Below are positions 37,940 through 50,180 of a stretch of 64,000 nt of DNA, in pieces. The notes below the pieces were generated by a model. That model did no database searches and was not told where the DNA came from. It was given only the letters and a program-made list of their open reading frames with translations. The position numbers and the translations under genes are program-made. Numbering within the stretch: the stretch's first letter is position 1; each line of letters opens with the position of its first letter. This DNA comes from Albugo candida (lineage: Eukaryota): NCBI GenBank assembly GCA_040437565.1, contig JBDOQK010000009.1, positions 496,001 through 560,000 on the forward strand, in the 5' to 3' direction.

Positions 37940-40900
37940 GTGCATGACACTTAAAACCTGATTTGAAATGGCCAATATTTGGATCATTAAACCTATAATA
38001 TTGGCACTGCTGATAGGCTCATAGTATATTACCACTCACCCGCTTCAAACCTCAACCATCAACCTGCCTTCAGCCTAATATCGTACAATTATGCCTCGCC
38101 TAACAAAGTTAAGTGATGCAGGAAATGAGAGAGGTCAAGCGCACCAAAATCGATAACAGCTCAAGCATTCATGAATCTCCTGATATCAGTTTTGTAGGAG
38201 AACTGGATGTTTTAAAGTGATGAAGAAATCTCGATTTTTCATCTGTTAAATCAAATATTGGAAGAGACTATCAAGCAGCTTTTATAGTTTTACCGTTACC
38301 ACGACTAAACCATAACGGGCCAATCCAATATACAGGTGGTGCACCTCGAACTCAATGACGGAAAGAGCCGAAATCAAGAAGGCTTCTGTTGGCTGTAATC
38401 TTTTGACCAAATACTTTGCTTTTGCAAGACCAGTTTTGCAAGAAGCTGAGGTTACGGATAAGGGTGGCAAAGCGTATGATGACGGTAATGGTGCAGTCTG
38501 GACCGGGCAAAAGCTGACAACCACCATTAACACACTTGCCACCAGAGAATACACAGGAAAAGCCTAGCAAAACCGGCGGCTTGTAGTTCTTTCTTCTCTT
38601 CGGCTGCTAAAATCTGGATATGCGCGTATAGCAGCTAACACACTGGTAGGGGAAGGTGCTGGGAGGGGTGTGTGTTTTTGGCGCTCTCTGCGTGATTGGG
38701 CCACTCTGTCTAGAACGTGAAGAATTACCTTTTTCGCAGAAGGTAAAACACGCAAAACGGCGAAGCTATCTGCAGGATGAGGACAGTATTCTACCTTTTC
38801 ACGAGTATCTTGGTGCGAATAAGCTCAAGGCTGCTAAGATCCTGGCTTNNNNNNNNNNNNNNNNNNNNNNNNNNNNNNNNNNNNNNNNNNNNNNNNNNNN
38901 NNNNNNNNNNNNNNNNNNNNNNNNNNNNNNNNNNNNNNNNNNNNNNNNCGTGAAGAATTACCTTTTTCGCAGAAGGTAAAACACGCAAAACGGCGAAGCT
39001 ATCTGCAGGATGAGGACAGTATTCTACCTTTTCACGAGTATCTTGGTGCGAATAAGCTCAAGGCTGCTAAGATCCTGGCTTACAAGCAGCGGCCTGCATT
39101 ATCATGCAACCTGGCACGCAGCAAGATGGACGGTTGACATCGGAGAAACTTGCAAAAAAGTCTGTGACTTGGCTATCCTATTCTTCGACGCTCAATTTCC
39201 CGGCTGGCAAGCTCTTTTTGCCTTCGACAATGCAACTGGCCACAATGCATTTGCCCCCGATACCCTGCGCGCCAGCGCAATGAACCCGTCTCGTGGAGGC
39301 AGGCAGCCAAAGATGCGTGCAACAATACGGGGAAACGGAGTTTCCCAGGATTTGATTTTTTCTTATGACCATCCTGATGAAACGCTCCGTGGTCTGGCAA
39401 AGGGACTGATAGTTGTGCTGGAGGAACGTGGGCTGTGGGAAGCTGGCCTGAAGGCTAAATGCAAAGTATGTCCTGGGGATGGCGCAACCTGCTTCGCCAG
39501 AAGAATTAATGCCAATCAATCAGACTTGAAAGCGCAAGTGGGAATGATATAGGAGAAAATTGTTGCGAGTAGCTGCAGGTCCAGCTAGGAGAGTCGACGC
39601 AGAAAATACTCGGCCTTGGACGGGGGCTCACGCGCGCACCGTAGGCGACGCCGCTTTGCATTCTACTCGATGCAACGCCTACACGCCTGCTTGCCTTCCC
39701 TCTGACAGAGACGTACAAGCCGCCCTTATCGCTCAGCATGTCCAGCGTCGGCCTCTTCAACCTGTACGTCAGCGAGGATTCCTTATCTATCACGATGACC
39801 CCGTCTGAACCATACGCCGCTGTTCGCGTTGCTCCTGCGCCTACTCAAGCGAGTCGGACTCCTCGCGGATCACCAGGTCGTCGGGCACGTCGCGATGCAG
39901 CAGCAGCTTCCAGTACGCTTAGTAGGACCTAGTCGTCTTCTCGATCAGTCCATCCATCGCGAGCTTGGCGATCAGCACTAGTGTCCCATCCGGAATCTGC
40001 TCTACTCCCAGGGCCATCGACAGCGGTGACAGCAGGCCGAGGAAAAACTTCACGCGGAACCCGAAGACGGTCAGCTGGGGGCCGCTGTGGCAGACGTACC
40101 ACATGCAGCCCACCTCGAACAGCCACGCATGCTTACCATCCACCTTCACGCGATAGGACACTTCACACTGCGGGACGATCCGTACGTCTTTGACCGATGA
40201 ACGACCGCACGTAGCCTCGCCAACGCCTCCTTACCTAGCACCTTCGCATAATTCTCGACGTGACAGAAGCGCGAACGTATCGCGACAAGGATCTCCATCT
40301 TGTCGGAATCGGTTATTGAACATGTTCACGCGTACTCGAACTCGACAGCGTAACGGTTGTCCGGCTTGTAGCGCCGCGCCTTGCAGACCCACCTGCCTAG
40401 CATCATTCGCCACTCCTCAAAGCACACTCTGTACCGCTGCAACGACCCGTAGACGGCCTGCTGTACGCCTTCAACGTCTACGCTCAGCTCCCACGACCGC
40501 CTGAACGTCATACCGGTGGCACCGACGCAGCGAAGTCCGCCACCTTCAGCAATGACTGACTCAGCCCACAGTTAGCGTCTCTCCTCAACCTGACGCGACA
40601 GGATATAGCGTCTCACCTCACGCAAACTTGTAGATGAGCAGGCCGTCTGAGCCGGATTGATCGATGCGTAGAATGCCAGGGCCGCGCTGAACGAGTTGCT
40701 CAGGTCCTGCATGTTCCGCAGGAAGCCGAGCTCACTCTGCCTTCACTTACGACCGCTCACTGCACACCCGATCACCCTCGCTCCCGCCTCCGTCCCCGAC
40801 TAGACCCTGTAGACCCGTCCGGAAGTTTTCTCGCTAGACCGAGACCCCATCAAGTAATATTTTACCCATAATTCACTGCAAGCTCAACTTCATCGAAAAC

Positions 40901-41470
40901 CTTTGGGGAGCCGCCAAGCGATACGCCAGAAAACACCGTGATCACACTTTGAAAAATATACTGGTAACAATTCCAGCTGCCGTGGCATCTGTTTCACCGG
41001 ACGAAATACTTCGGCACTAACGGAAAGCTTTGCGATACATGGACGTTTATCGAAAACGTCTCCCCGGGAAGGTAGCAAAGCATGGGAGTAAAAAGTACAA
41101 ATCCTACCAACGTGTAACCAATTGATATATGTGGCTGTTATGGCAAGATAAAAAGTGAGTGTCAACCTCGGCTTTTCTGAGCACCTTTATTGACAGTTTC
41201 CTGCAAAAAAATAATATTTTTCGGGAAAAACCCTTCACGGGTAGGCGGCCCATTTTTCTCCAATACAAACAAGATGCCAAAATTTAGACGACTCTTGCAA
41301 CGCTACTGCTCCTTATAAAGTTGAGATAATAAAACTCCGAGACTTGTGGAGAGAAGCTTAGGGCATGCTCTGTGTTGCCATATGCTTTGTTTCTGTGTAA
41401 TTTGTGCTCGGGCCAAGCCTTAGCGATTCTTGCAAGGCCAATAAAGTTGCTGGTTTTAGGTGACATGCAC
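37940..41470 (+). mobile_element. IS630/Tc1-mariner-type DNA transposon with interrupted transposase
   Basis: TIRs GTGCATGACACTTAAAACC (37940) and GGTTTTAGGTGACATGCAC (41452-41470), each near a TA; transposase FAFDNATGH...KGLIVVLEERGLW...CFARRI (39010-39552) resumes after the insert as HQVIFYP..HCKLNFIENLWGAAK...RYMDVY (40848-41055). Confidence 0.88.
39570..40839 (-). pseudogene. GC-rich foreign insert: decayed viral-type mRNA capping enzyme (RNA triphosphatase + guanylyltransferase)
   Basis: Ordered motifs: RRSWELSVDVE, QRYRVCFEEWRM, YAVEFEY (40332-40352), YRVKVDG (KVDG 40135-40146), ALGVEQ, LVLIAKLAMDG, SDGVIV (39791-39808), YRLKRPTLD (39740-39766); several stops and two frameshifts. Confidence 0.75.
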
Positions 41471-44400
41471 TATACTAACACGGAATCACCCAGTAACCAT
41501 CTTCGTTGGAGCTTGAGCTTGTTTTGAGCCTTACAAAAAGTGTTATCCAAAACTGCCTCATGGCCTCTTTTTCATTTGCTTTGAGAAAAGACAGGAAACA
41601 TAGCGTATGGCGATACTGCCGTGAGGCTTCATTACGCTTGCAAGCTTGATAGTTTCTTGGCACGCCTTTTCATTCTTTGAATGGATACGATCGGTAATCG
41701 AGCCATGACGTCCACATCAGCGATACAGTTGAGTCGAAGGATTTCCATACGTTTGAAGGTCTCATAATACCCCAGTTGAAGTGCCATTTTCTCATAAAAC
41801 AATTTTTCTTCATTAAAGCGGGCAATAAGTCTGCATTCTTGTGATCGGGTGCGTAGGAGATTAAGTGTGCATCGCCATTGCTGATGTAAACTGATGGAGC
41901 GCGAAATTCAAATTGGAGCCGGTTTGGATCCCTTTGAACAGACGATCAAGCTAAAGGCGTAAATGAGCCTCGGTAGGTCTTACTAATAGAAGGTACATGT
42001 GGGCATACCAATGCCCACTAGAAAGGATCTCGTGACGTGGTAGATAGCGTCCCGTCTATGATGGCCCTTTAATGACGCGTTCAGTGACTCACCATTACCA
42101 ATATAGCGTCAAGTTCATGTGATATGATATCTATCAATCCGAATCGGTTGCTGTGTGTAATTGTAATGATTAGATACAATCATACCGATTTACATCAGTT
42201 ACTTCTTGAGTGAAGTCACAACTTCTTGACGATACGTCGTTGCAGAGATGAAAGCGAGTGGCCAACTTCATCTAAAGCGAGCAACACACTTGATGATGGA
42301 CACGAATAATTACAAATGTATAATGTATCTAGTTCCTGGTACGCCAGCAAGTATTGTCTCAAATACCTGATTGGAAGCAAAACGAACGTAGATCCCGTAG
42401 ATCTGCTATGAAAAGCACCTAATTAAAACGTAATTACTAGTCGAAATACGATATTTAGGAGCGCATTTGCTTTATAAAGAAGAATACCGTCACAATATTG
42501 CAATCCTATAGGATTTCGACTGTACTTTCCATGATTCTCCAAGGCATAACCTGCGGTAGGGTATACCAGTCTCTATGAACCAATTGTAGGATCAAGTTAT
42601 TTCATTTGTGGGTAATCATACTACTTGTCTAAACAGATATTTCGCCAATCCGCTTGCTCTACAGTCATCCATCAGCTCTGTTCACTTCCTCCATCTGTCA
42701 AAAGCGTCCTGACAACGCTCACGAGCTCAATCTCACATACTTGTTGGAGAAGAGTCACTCTGCTTTGAGTTCGCCGTAGAAAGTAGTCGCTTTGTACTTC
42801 TGACGCCTTAAATAAACAGGTGTTTGAATTGGTCACAGCGATCGAACTGGCATGAACACGCTCGAGTTAATAACGTCTATTGATCTGAACTACTCTGAAA
42901 AAAAGCACGAAATTCTCGATCTTTACACTCAACTTTTGATTTCTTACAAGGGTCCGAAACGATACGTTCACAGTCGCGACGCTGAAGAAACATTCTGTCC
43001 TACTTGATGAGTCCACCAAATTAGACTTAAATACCAAATTGGGCAATCGGACACAGATAAAGCCATCTATCATGAAGCGGTCGATTCCATCAATCCGGCG
43101 CTCACTATGCTTGTCCTCTGATTGGTGGTAATCCTGTCTGCATTAATAGACAGCCTACCTACCACGCTACACCGGTAGAATACTGACTCAGTAACTGACT
43201 GCGAGAAGAACTGTGTGCAATATCGTATTTCACACAAATGCGAAGCATATTTACTGTGGCGCTCCTAACGTGAAGTAAACCGATCTCAGACAAAATGAGC
43301 GTCGGCATCAGCTGGAAGACCTTGGACTATTGAATTCTCAATGGGAAATCAGATCTGGGGATGTCTGCGGCGTTGGAGTTATACCCTTATACAATGAATT
43401 CCAAGTTTTCAATTGGCTTCGATGACGTTAAGAGCGTAAAAAATAGTGCGATTTACAGTCGGTATCATTGAAATAAAGATGTGGACGTTATTGTATAAAG
43501 GGTGCTCAATCAAATATTTCGAACATGCAATACGGATACTTATCAAAGAAAAAGGTCTCACAGAAAAACATGAGACTCGCTGTAAAACTTGCGAACGTTC
43601 CTGATGCATGCACGATTGAATCAAAACACTTTTCTCTCACCTCAGATTACGGCACGCTCATTCACATAGACCTGTTAAGGCCAATTGCAAAGCCGATGAA
43701 AGAACAAAATCTCGATATCTTTGGTCCAGTTGGGTCCCTATCATAATATTGCATCGATTTTGAACGCAATTTGCAACCATGCATGTCCAAAAATGATATC
43801 TGTCGATATCCCGATTGCTAATTTGCATCCGAATCCGACCTCGTTGCGTCGTTGTCCAGTGATTTCTCGGGTCGGGATATAGCAACCATCGGGCTATGGC
43901 GCGAATTGTGGTATGCATGTTGGTGTAGTGGATCGAGCCTTCACTGGAATTGTGGTTTATGCTACCTACAATCCATTCGCATTGGTAGCCTTGGATTTAG
44001 GGATCAACTGGAGTGCGTAAAGTATGGCTTGTAAGGAACGATACAAATCACGCTGAATAATTGCTCGTGCAAGAGGTTCCAATCGCGTATCCGAATATCC
44101 CAAGGCGAGCTGAAGCTAGTATTTTGTATCGGCCTGCGTCACACAGAATCGACAAAAAGAGATAAGGCTGCATTGATTGTGTTTGAGCCTTCAGTGGATG
44201 ATACCTCAGTTATAAAAGTATGCGTGACATCTACGTCGATGACCGGTCTCATAATGTATAAAGACACATCAATTGGTCAGAGATGGTTTTCTGTAGGAAT
44301 GGCGCCATCTACCGACTCGCTTCATCGACATCAATCTATTGCCTTACGACACACCGATACTTGTACTTCATCCGATGCATCAAGCTCGCGATTATCAGCA

Positions 44401-45244
44401 CGTACATTCATGAATATTATTCACATCGAGCCATTCGTACCAATGTGTATGACTTGTTAACTTCTACAAAATCCCACGATGTCACTTTCGGTATCAATCG
44501 CTCTTGAGGATGTTTTGTCTTTGAGTTCCTCTCTGATAGTGTTAATGCTTCCCATTCTCTCATCTCAGTAGAGTGCATTGGAGATACAAGGGTAGTAATG
44601 TGACTGAGCGGTGTTGCATCTTTCATGTGAGACCGTCCAAATGTTGCAGCAACTACTTCATAGTTCAGAGCCGTACGAGTGATCCCAAATGAGCAATGAT
44701 CGGATAGATTAATGAAGTCACACGCTAACGCATACCCATAATAGAATCCAAATGACAATTCAATGATAAGATGTTTTCTTATAGTACACCAAAAGCATAT
44801 TTTGTCTTTCTGAAACCATATTTTCTCTCGTCATGAAACAGGAAGCATTAGGGCACCTGCCATCATTCAGAATGCTGTCGGAAGGACATGACCTATTCGT
44901 CATGTCTATACAGCTGCACGGATACTTGCGTTGCGGAATGTAGCGTCAAAATCCTCAGGCTCCAGCACATCACATAGGAAAGAAAACCGGTCCGGTGCTT
45001 AAATATGATTGTGTGGTGTCCTTTTTTGCCATGAGTCATCTACGTCGGACATATACCATGGAGTCTACGGTAATCGAAGTATTCGGATACAGTGTTACCG
45101 ATCGATCGGATCGTGTTGCGTTGCGTTTTTCGAGATTTCGGTCCGCTTTGTTCCTGTGCTTTCGTTGGTGATGCGCCTTTGACATGCGTAGTGAAGCGAC
45201 CTCTTATAAAAACCATTTTCTCACGTTAACTCACAAGTACTCAA

Positions 45245-48200
45245 TCGCATGGGTCCAGAACATATCGTACGAGCGTTTACAGGTTTTAAATGGAAGTAGC
45301 AACTCCGACTGCTACACCGTATGCGCTTCTCCGACATGTATCAACCTGCAGATCACCCAATTAGGATGCTGATAGTACTCGAAAAACATGGAATGCGAGG
45401 ATGGCTATACTGAGAGACCTCGAAAAGCAATCTTCTACCAATCGAGGGAATCATGAGCGTTGAGGAGAGTGTATTTAGTATGATGCAATGTTCGCACAAG
45501 TATTCATCTTATTTTTATAGGATATAACTTTCTATCGCATTCGTACCACAAAAAATGAGTGAATGTCCTCGTTCTGAATCCTTCATCGCTCTGCATGATC
45601 ACATCATTATGAGGTGGTCATAAAAGTCGAAACCAAGAGTAGACAAGTGCAAAGACCCATTATATTATTTGAGCGTGCTGACGACAAATGGCAGACCTAT
45701 NNNNNNNNNNNNNNNNNNNNNNNNNNNNNNNNNNNNNNNNNNNNNNNNNNNNNNNNNNNNNNNNNNNNNNNNNNNNNNNNNNNNNNNNNNNNNNNNNNNN
45801 GCAATAAGCTCATTGTTCAAACAACAATCAGCTTTCACAGTAACATACATTACTGCAGGCTATCAGATTATGGGCACTCTCATCAGGCATTCTAATGACT
45901 GAAGCCGGTCGCATTTGGCTACATTTTTATTGTAGCATTAGTCAACTGGAAAAAGTATTCAGGTCAGCTATCGTATTTCGTATCTGCTTTGTCCACCGTG
46001 GTTAAGAATGCTTTCAACGCTTTTTATAAATGGCAAAGAGTTTAATCCTGGTGGCACTCCTTATCGATGTGTTCTGTCATCGTATCCGGATGCAGTGGCG
46101 GTCATGTCTTGAAGTATGTCACACTCTGGTTTTTATGCTGAGTAGCTGTAATATATCATGATGAGTGGAAACGAGAAGTAGCCGAGCTTGTTTGCATGCA
46201 ATGGCACGACTTCGTTCTCCCGCAACTGTTTCTGATCAGCATTGCTAACAGTCTTCTCGAGCGGGTTTGCATCTTAAAAGCCTATTCATGAGTAATGTTA
46301 GTACGTCATGCGAACTTTAATACGATGAGAATTTCCCGAATCATCAACTTTCGGAATCAATGGTCAACATCGACATTCGGACCAGTGCACCACGATGGCC
46401 TTGACGTGTCGGACGTTACACATCTACTGGTTCTGTGTGTGAGTTGCATGCAACTTCGTTGACGCGTCTCTGAAGCCAAAAAACCAAAAAAGTAGCATAA
46501 TTGCAGGAGGATCGGATACCTGCGGCCGCTTGTGCTGACTAGAATCGACGTAGGTTATACAATCCAATGGAAGGTGCGCAGACGAAAGAGTAGGTTCAGG
46601 TCAAGTACACGCCATCAGGTCTTCCCCAATTTGAAGTGGCGTTATGTTGATAGAACTGCTTGATGGATACTCATAAGTCGTGACACCGGTCTTACCTCTA
46701 GGATTTTATAACACCATCAAAGTAGGGTTTCCGATACTTATAAAAGCACTCCTTACTTATTGTTTTCTTTGCGCATCGGCTAAGTAGATTGGTATTCTGG
46801 TCATTAAAGGTAGAAGAAGTAGCACGCACTGCTTTGTATTCCAGACAAAGAGTAAAAACGAAGCGGCAGAAAGATCAGCTACTATTGGATTATCGGTCTG
46901 TACTTTGATGATGATTATGCAAGCAGGTGCTAGCGGTCATCCGTACATGGCTCAGATCGATTCTAATGTGCGCTCGTTGAGGGCTCTTCAGAAGGGGTCT
47001 TCAGCAAACTAATCTGATAAATATTTCTGTCGCTCCGAGCTTCTCCCCATTTGATTAATTGGACATTATATTTCTGCAACATATCATATCCAAATATCCA
47101 ATCGTTTTTAGAGAACTCTGTTACTTCATGGCACCTCAATGAGAATACCGCATCACTCAAATTTTGCACATAAATTTTAATGATGGTATTTGGATCGGTG
47201 CGGCAATATGGCAATAACGCATCTGGTGCCGTAATTCCTTCACCGATGGAAAATTGGATCTGGGATTCTGTTTCTCCCTTTACATATTTGAATTGAGTTT
47301 GGGGCTTTAAATTACCCGGATGGTTCAGGTCTTGAATCATCAAGTCGACTTGAGAAAGCTGCAAAGTCCATTTGATATTGGCTTCGGTTGGTGTGCCTCC
47401 CACTTCAAGAGTATGGTGATCCGCGGTAATATCCTGGGGATCTATTGAGATGAGGAGATTGCCACCCTTGAATGCGTAGGAATAAACATCACATCCTGCG
47501 CCGATAATCCTGTCTGTAGTTTTCTCGTCGTAAGGACCAGCTCTGTCTAGTTGGAATCGTTTTAGTTCAACTGTGCCGAACGAACATTCCCTCATATATT
47601 TATATTTGCCCCCCATACGGACCCCAGCGTTACCTTCCAATACGTTTTTCAATGCCGGACATAATTCATAGCCGTGCTTAGGGATGTTGCATGCGTTCGT
47701 TGATGAATGCATAATATAGCATATGGCTTGAACAACCAGGTGAAGTTGCGTCCGGGAAACGTGCATGGTAGGGAGAAACTTGTCTTGGACCGAGAAAATT
47801 AACAAATGATAGAGATCGAATCGAATATAACGCTCTTAGATTTCCCAAATGAATGGCTGTGAGGGCCGCGAATACAAACGGGCGAGATGGGCCAAACAAT
47901 CCGTCCATCCCGTTTCCAGGTGGACGACTTACCGATAAAATGATATATTTATTTTAGAAAGCCAATCCATGCGTGGCATTCGATGGATTATTTTATGAGG
48001 TATATTAAATAATTACAAATTATCCTAGCGGTAAAAGACTGAGAGTCGTGCTTCGGCTGCTGACGCTTAAAGAGTTATGTAGACACAGACAGTGAAGGTT
48101 GCCTAGTCTCTGATAAACGAATAATAGCTGTGCTACTTGAGCTGGTACTAATACGGAAACATCGGGTAAACTGCTTCGTTGGAGCTTGAGCTTGTTTAAA

Positions 48201-50180
48201 GCCGTGAACGAAAGTTTTATCCAAAATTATCTCCGGCCTCATCTCCGTTTTCTTACAGTAAAGGCAGAAGTCATAGCGTATGACGATACTGCCGTGAGGC
48301 ATCATTGAGATTGCAACCTTAATAATTTCTTGGCACGACTACTCAATTTATGCATGGATGCGATAGGAAATCGAGCGATGACGTCCACACCAACGATAGG
48401 GTCGAGCCGAACGATTCCTAGCGTTTGAACGTCTCATAATGCACAGTTGAAGCGCCATTTTTTCTTAAAACAATTCTCTTTCATCAGTGCAGGCAATACA
48501 TCTGCGTTCCTTTGATGGGATGCATAGGATATGAAGTGTGCAGCCATAAAGCTTCTTCGAGCTTGTAACGTCCAGTATCGTCATTGCTGATGTAAAGTGA
48601 CGGAGCGCAACATCCAAGGGGGAGTCGCTTTGCATTTCTTCAAGCAGACGATCCAGCTGGATGAGTAAATGTACTTTTTGAAAGTTCCACCTAAACTTCC
48701 GTACATGTGGAATACCATCGCTCGCTGGAATAGGATATCGTGACGTGTATCCCGTCTTTCCAGGGTCTTAAATGACGTATTCAGTGACTTGTCATTACCA
48801 GTGTTACGTGAGGTCGATCTGAAATGATATTGACCAATCTGAATCAGTTGTTGTGATTAAGTCTAATGATTGGATAAAAGCATAGCCGGTTTACATCAGT
48901 TACTTCTTGATTGGAAACTCACCTTGACGGTATGTCTTTGCAGAGGTGAAAGCGAGTAGCTAATTTCGTCTAAAGTGATCAACACACATGGTGATGGACA
49001 TTGATTGACTGTAGAAACTTTGAATTGTAGAGAATATACCTAATTCCTGGTATGCTAGCAGGTATCGTATCAAGTACCGGATTAAAAGCAAAAAGCAAAA
49101 AGAACGTAGATGTGCTGTCAAAAGCAGCTTCATTAGAGCGTACTTACTAGTCTACATACAATACTTTGGAGCCGTTTTGTTATAAAAAGAAGAATGCAAG
49201 CATAATTGCTGCAACTCAACAGCATTACTTTATATAAACCTTTAGGGCCTAACCCGCGATAATAATTCTTACCGGTTTCTAGCCGCGCTACGGAGATAAG
49301 TCGTTCTGGGTCCAAGTTACTGCAAACAGTGGTTTTCCACTACTTACCCGGGGCAGATTTTCCGCCAATCCGCTTACTATGCAATCTTGCATCAGCTCGA
49401 TACACTTCTTCCCTCTATCAAAAGCGTCCTGACAACGCCTGACACATATAGAAGTTTAATCTCACCTACTAATTTTTGGCAAATAGCTGTTTGAAATGGT
49501 TAGAGTGATCAAACGTGGCATGAACACGCTTGAATCAATAACATCTATTCCCGTGTATTTTCCTACTTAGGAATACGATCTCCTCGACCTTTATACTCGA
49601 CTTTGCTTTCTTGCATGGGTTTAAGCGATGCATTCAGAATTTCGGACGCTGATATAATATCTCGTCCAAGTAGATGAGGTTTTATTAAACAAAATAATAG
49701 ACTTTTCTAACGAGTTACGCAATCGGATCATCCACAGATTGAAAACATTCACCATCAAGCGGTACGATTTCATCAATCCGATGCTCACTTATGCTTGTCC
49801 TCCAATTGGCGGTAATTCTGCTCCTATGCTTAGAGAGCCTACTTACCGAATCTATACCAGTATAATATCGCTTAACGATGCACTAGTATGTGTAATATCG
49901 TAATTGTTTTTTCGCATAAATAAACTGGCACTGAATGCAGTTCGAAGCATTTTTATTGTGTGCTAACGTAAAGTCAACTGACATCATATTACATGAAGGT
50001 GGAGTCTTTCCACTGTAATTCCACTGTGAACAAAGCGCGTTCATTGTGGTCGGCGTACGCTGAAAACAGCTTTACTTCAGTTTTCTCGACAGGAAGTCAG
50101 ATCAGAGCGCATCTACAGCGGTGACCTTAATACCCTTGTAGGTTGGCTTCCAAGCTTTTATTTGGTGACGATGACTTATA
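45245..50180. repeat. Segmental duplication copy 2 (compact, no recognisable transposon insertions)
   Basis: Same blocks as copy 1, here contiguous across the sites where copy 1 has insertions. Confidence 0.85.
46963..47766 (-). CDS. Putative secreted protein, 267 aa, divergent pepsin-like (A1) fold without DTG/DSG catalytic motifs
   Basis: Single open frame from ATG 47766; weak signal-peptide-like N-terminus; VYSYAFKGGNLLISIDP, KWTLQLSQV, IQFSIGEGITAP and DWIFGYDMLQKYNVQL follow the order of pepsin C-lobe motifs. Confidence 0.65.
   Translation of the reverse strand: MHVSRTQLHLVVQAICYIMHSSTNACNIPKHGYELCPALKNVLEGNAGVRMGGKYKYMRECSFGTVELKRFQLDRAGPYDEKTTDRIIGAGCDVYSYAFKGGNLLISIDPQDITADHHTLEVGGTPTEANIKWTLQLSQVDLMIQDLNHPGNLKPQTQFKYVKGETESQIQFSIGEGITAPDALLPYCRTDPNTIIKIYVQNLSDAVFSLRCHEVTEFSKNDWIFGYDMLQKYNVQLIKWGEARSDRNIYQISLLKTPSEEPSTSAH

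Larger units (their letters stand above)
27725..43430. repeat. Segmental duplication copy 1, expanded by transposon insertions (paralog of 45245-50180)
   Basis: Collinear blocks: 27725-29075~45245-46770; 32353-33360~46960-48030; 37850-37935~48030-48120; 41472-43430~48147-50180. Confidence 0.85.

Noticed and set aside
39560-40504. Plus-strand ORFs inside the GC-rich insert
   Set aside because: Arg/Pro/Ala-rich shadow frames; codon bias and motifs are on the minus strand.
43440-45240. Short ORFs between the two duplication copies
   Set aside because: No recognisable motifs, signal peptide or consistent splice structure.
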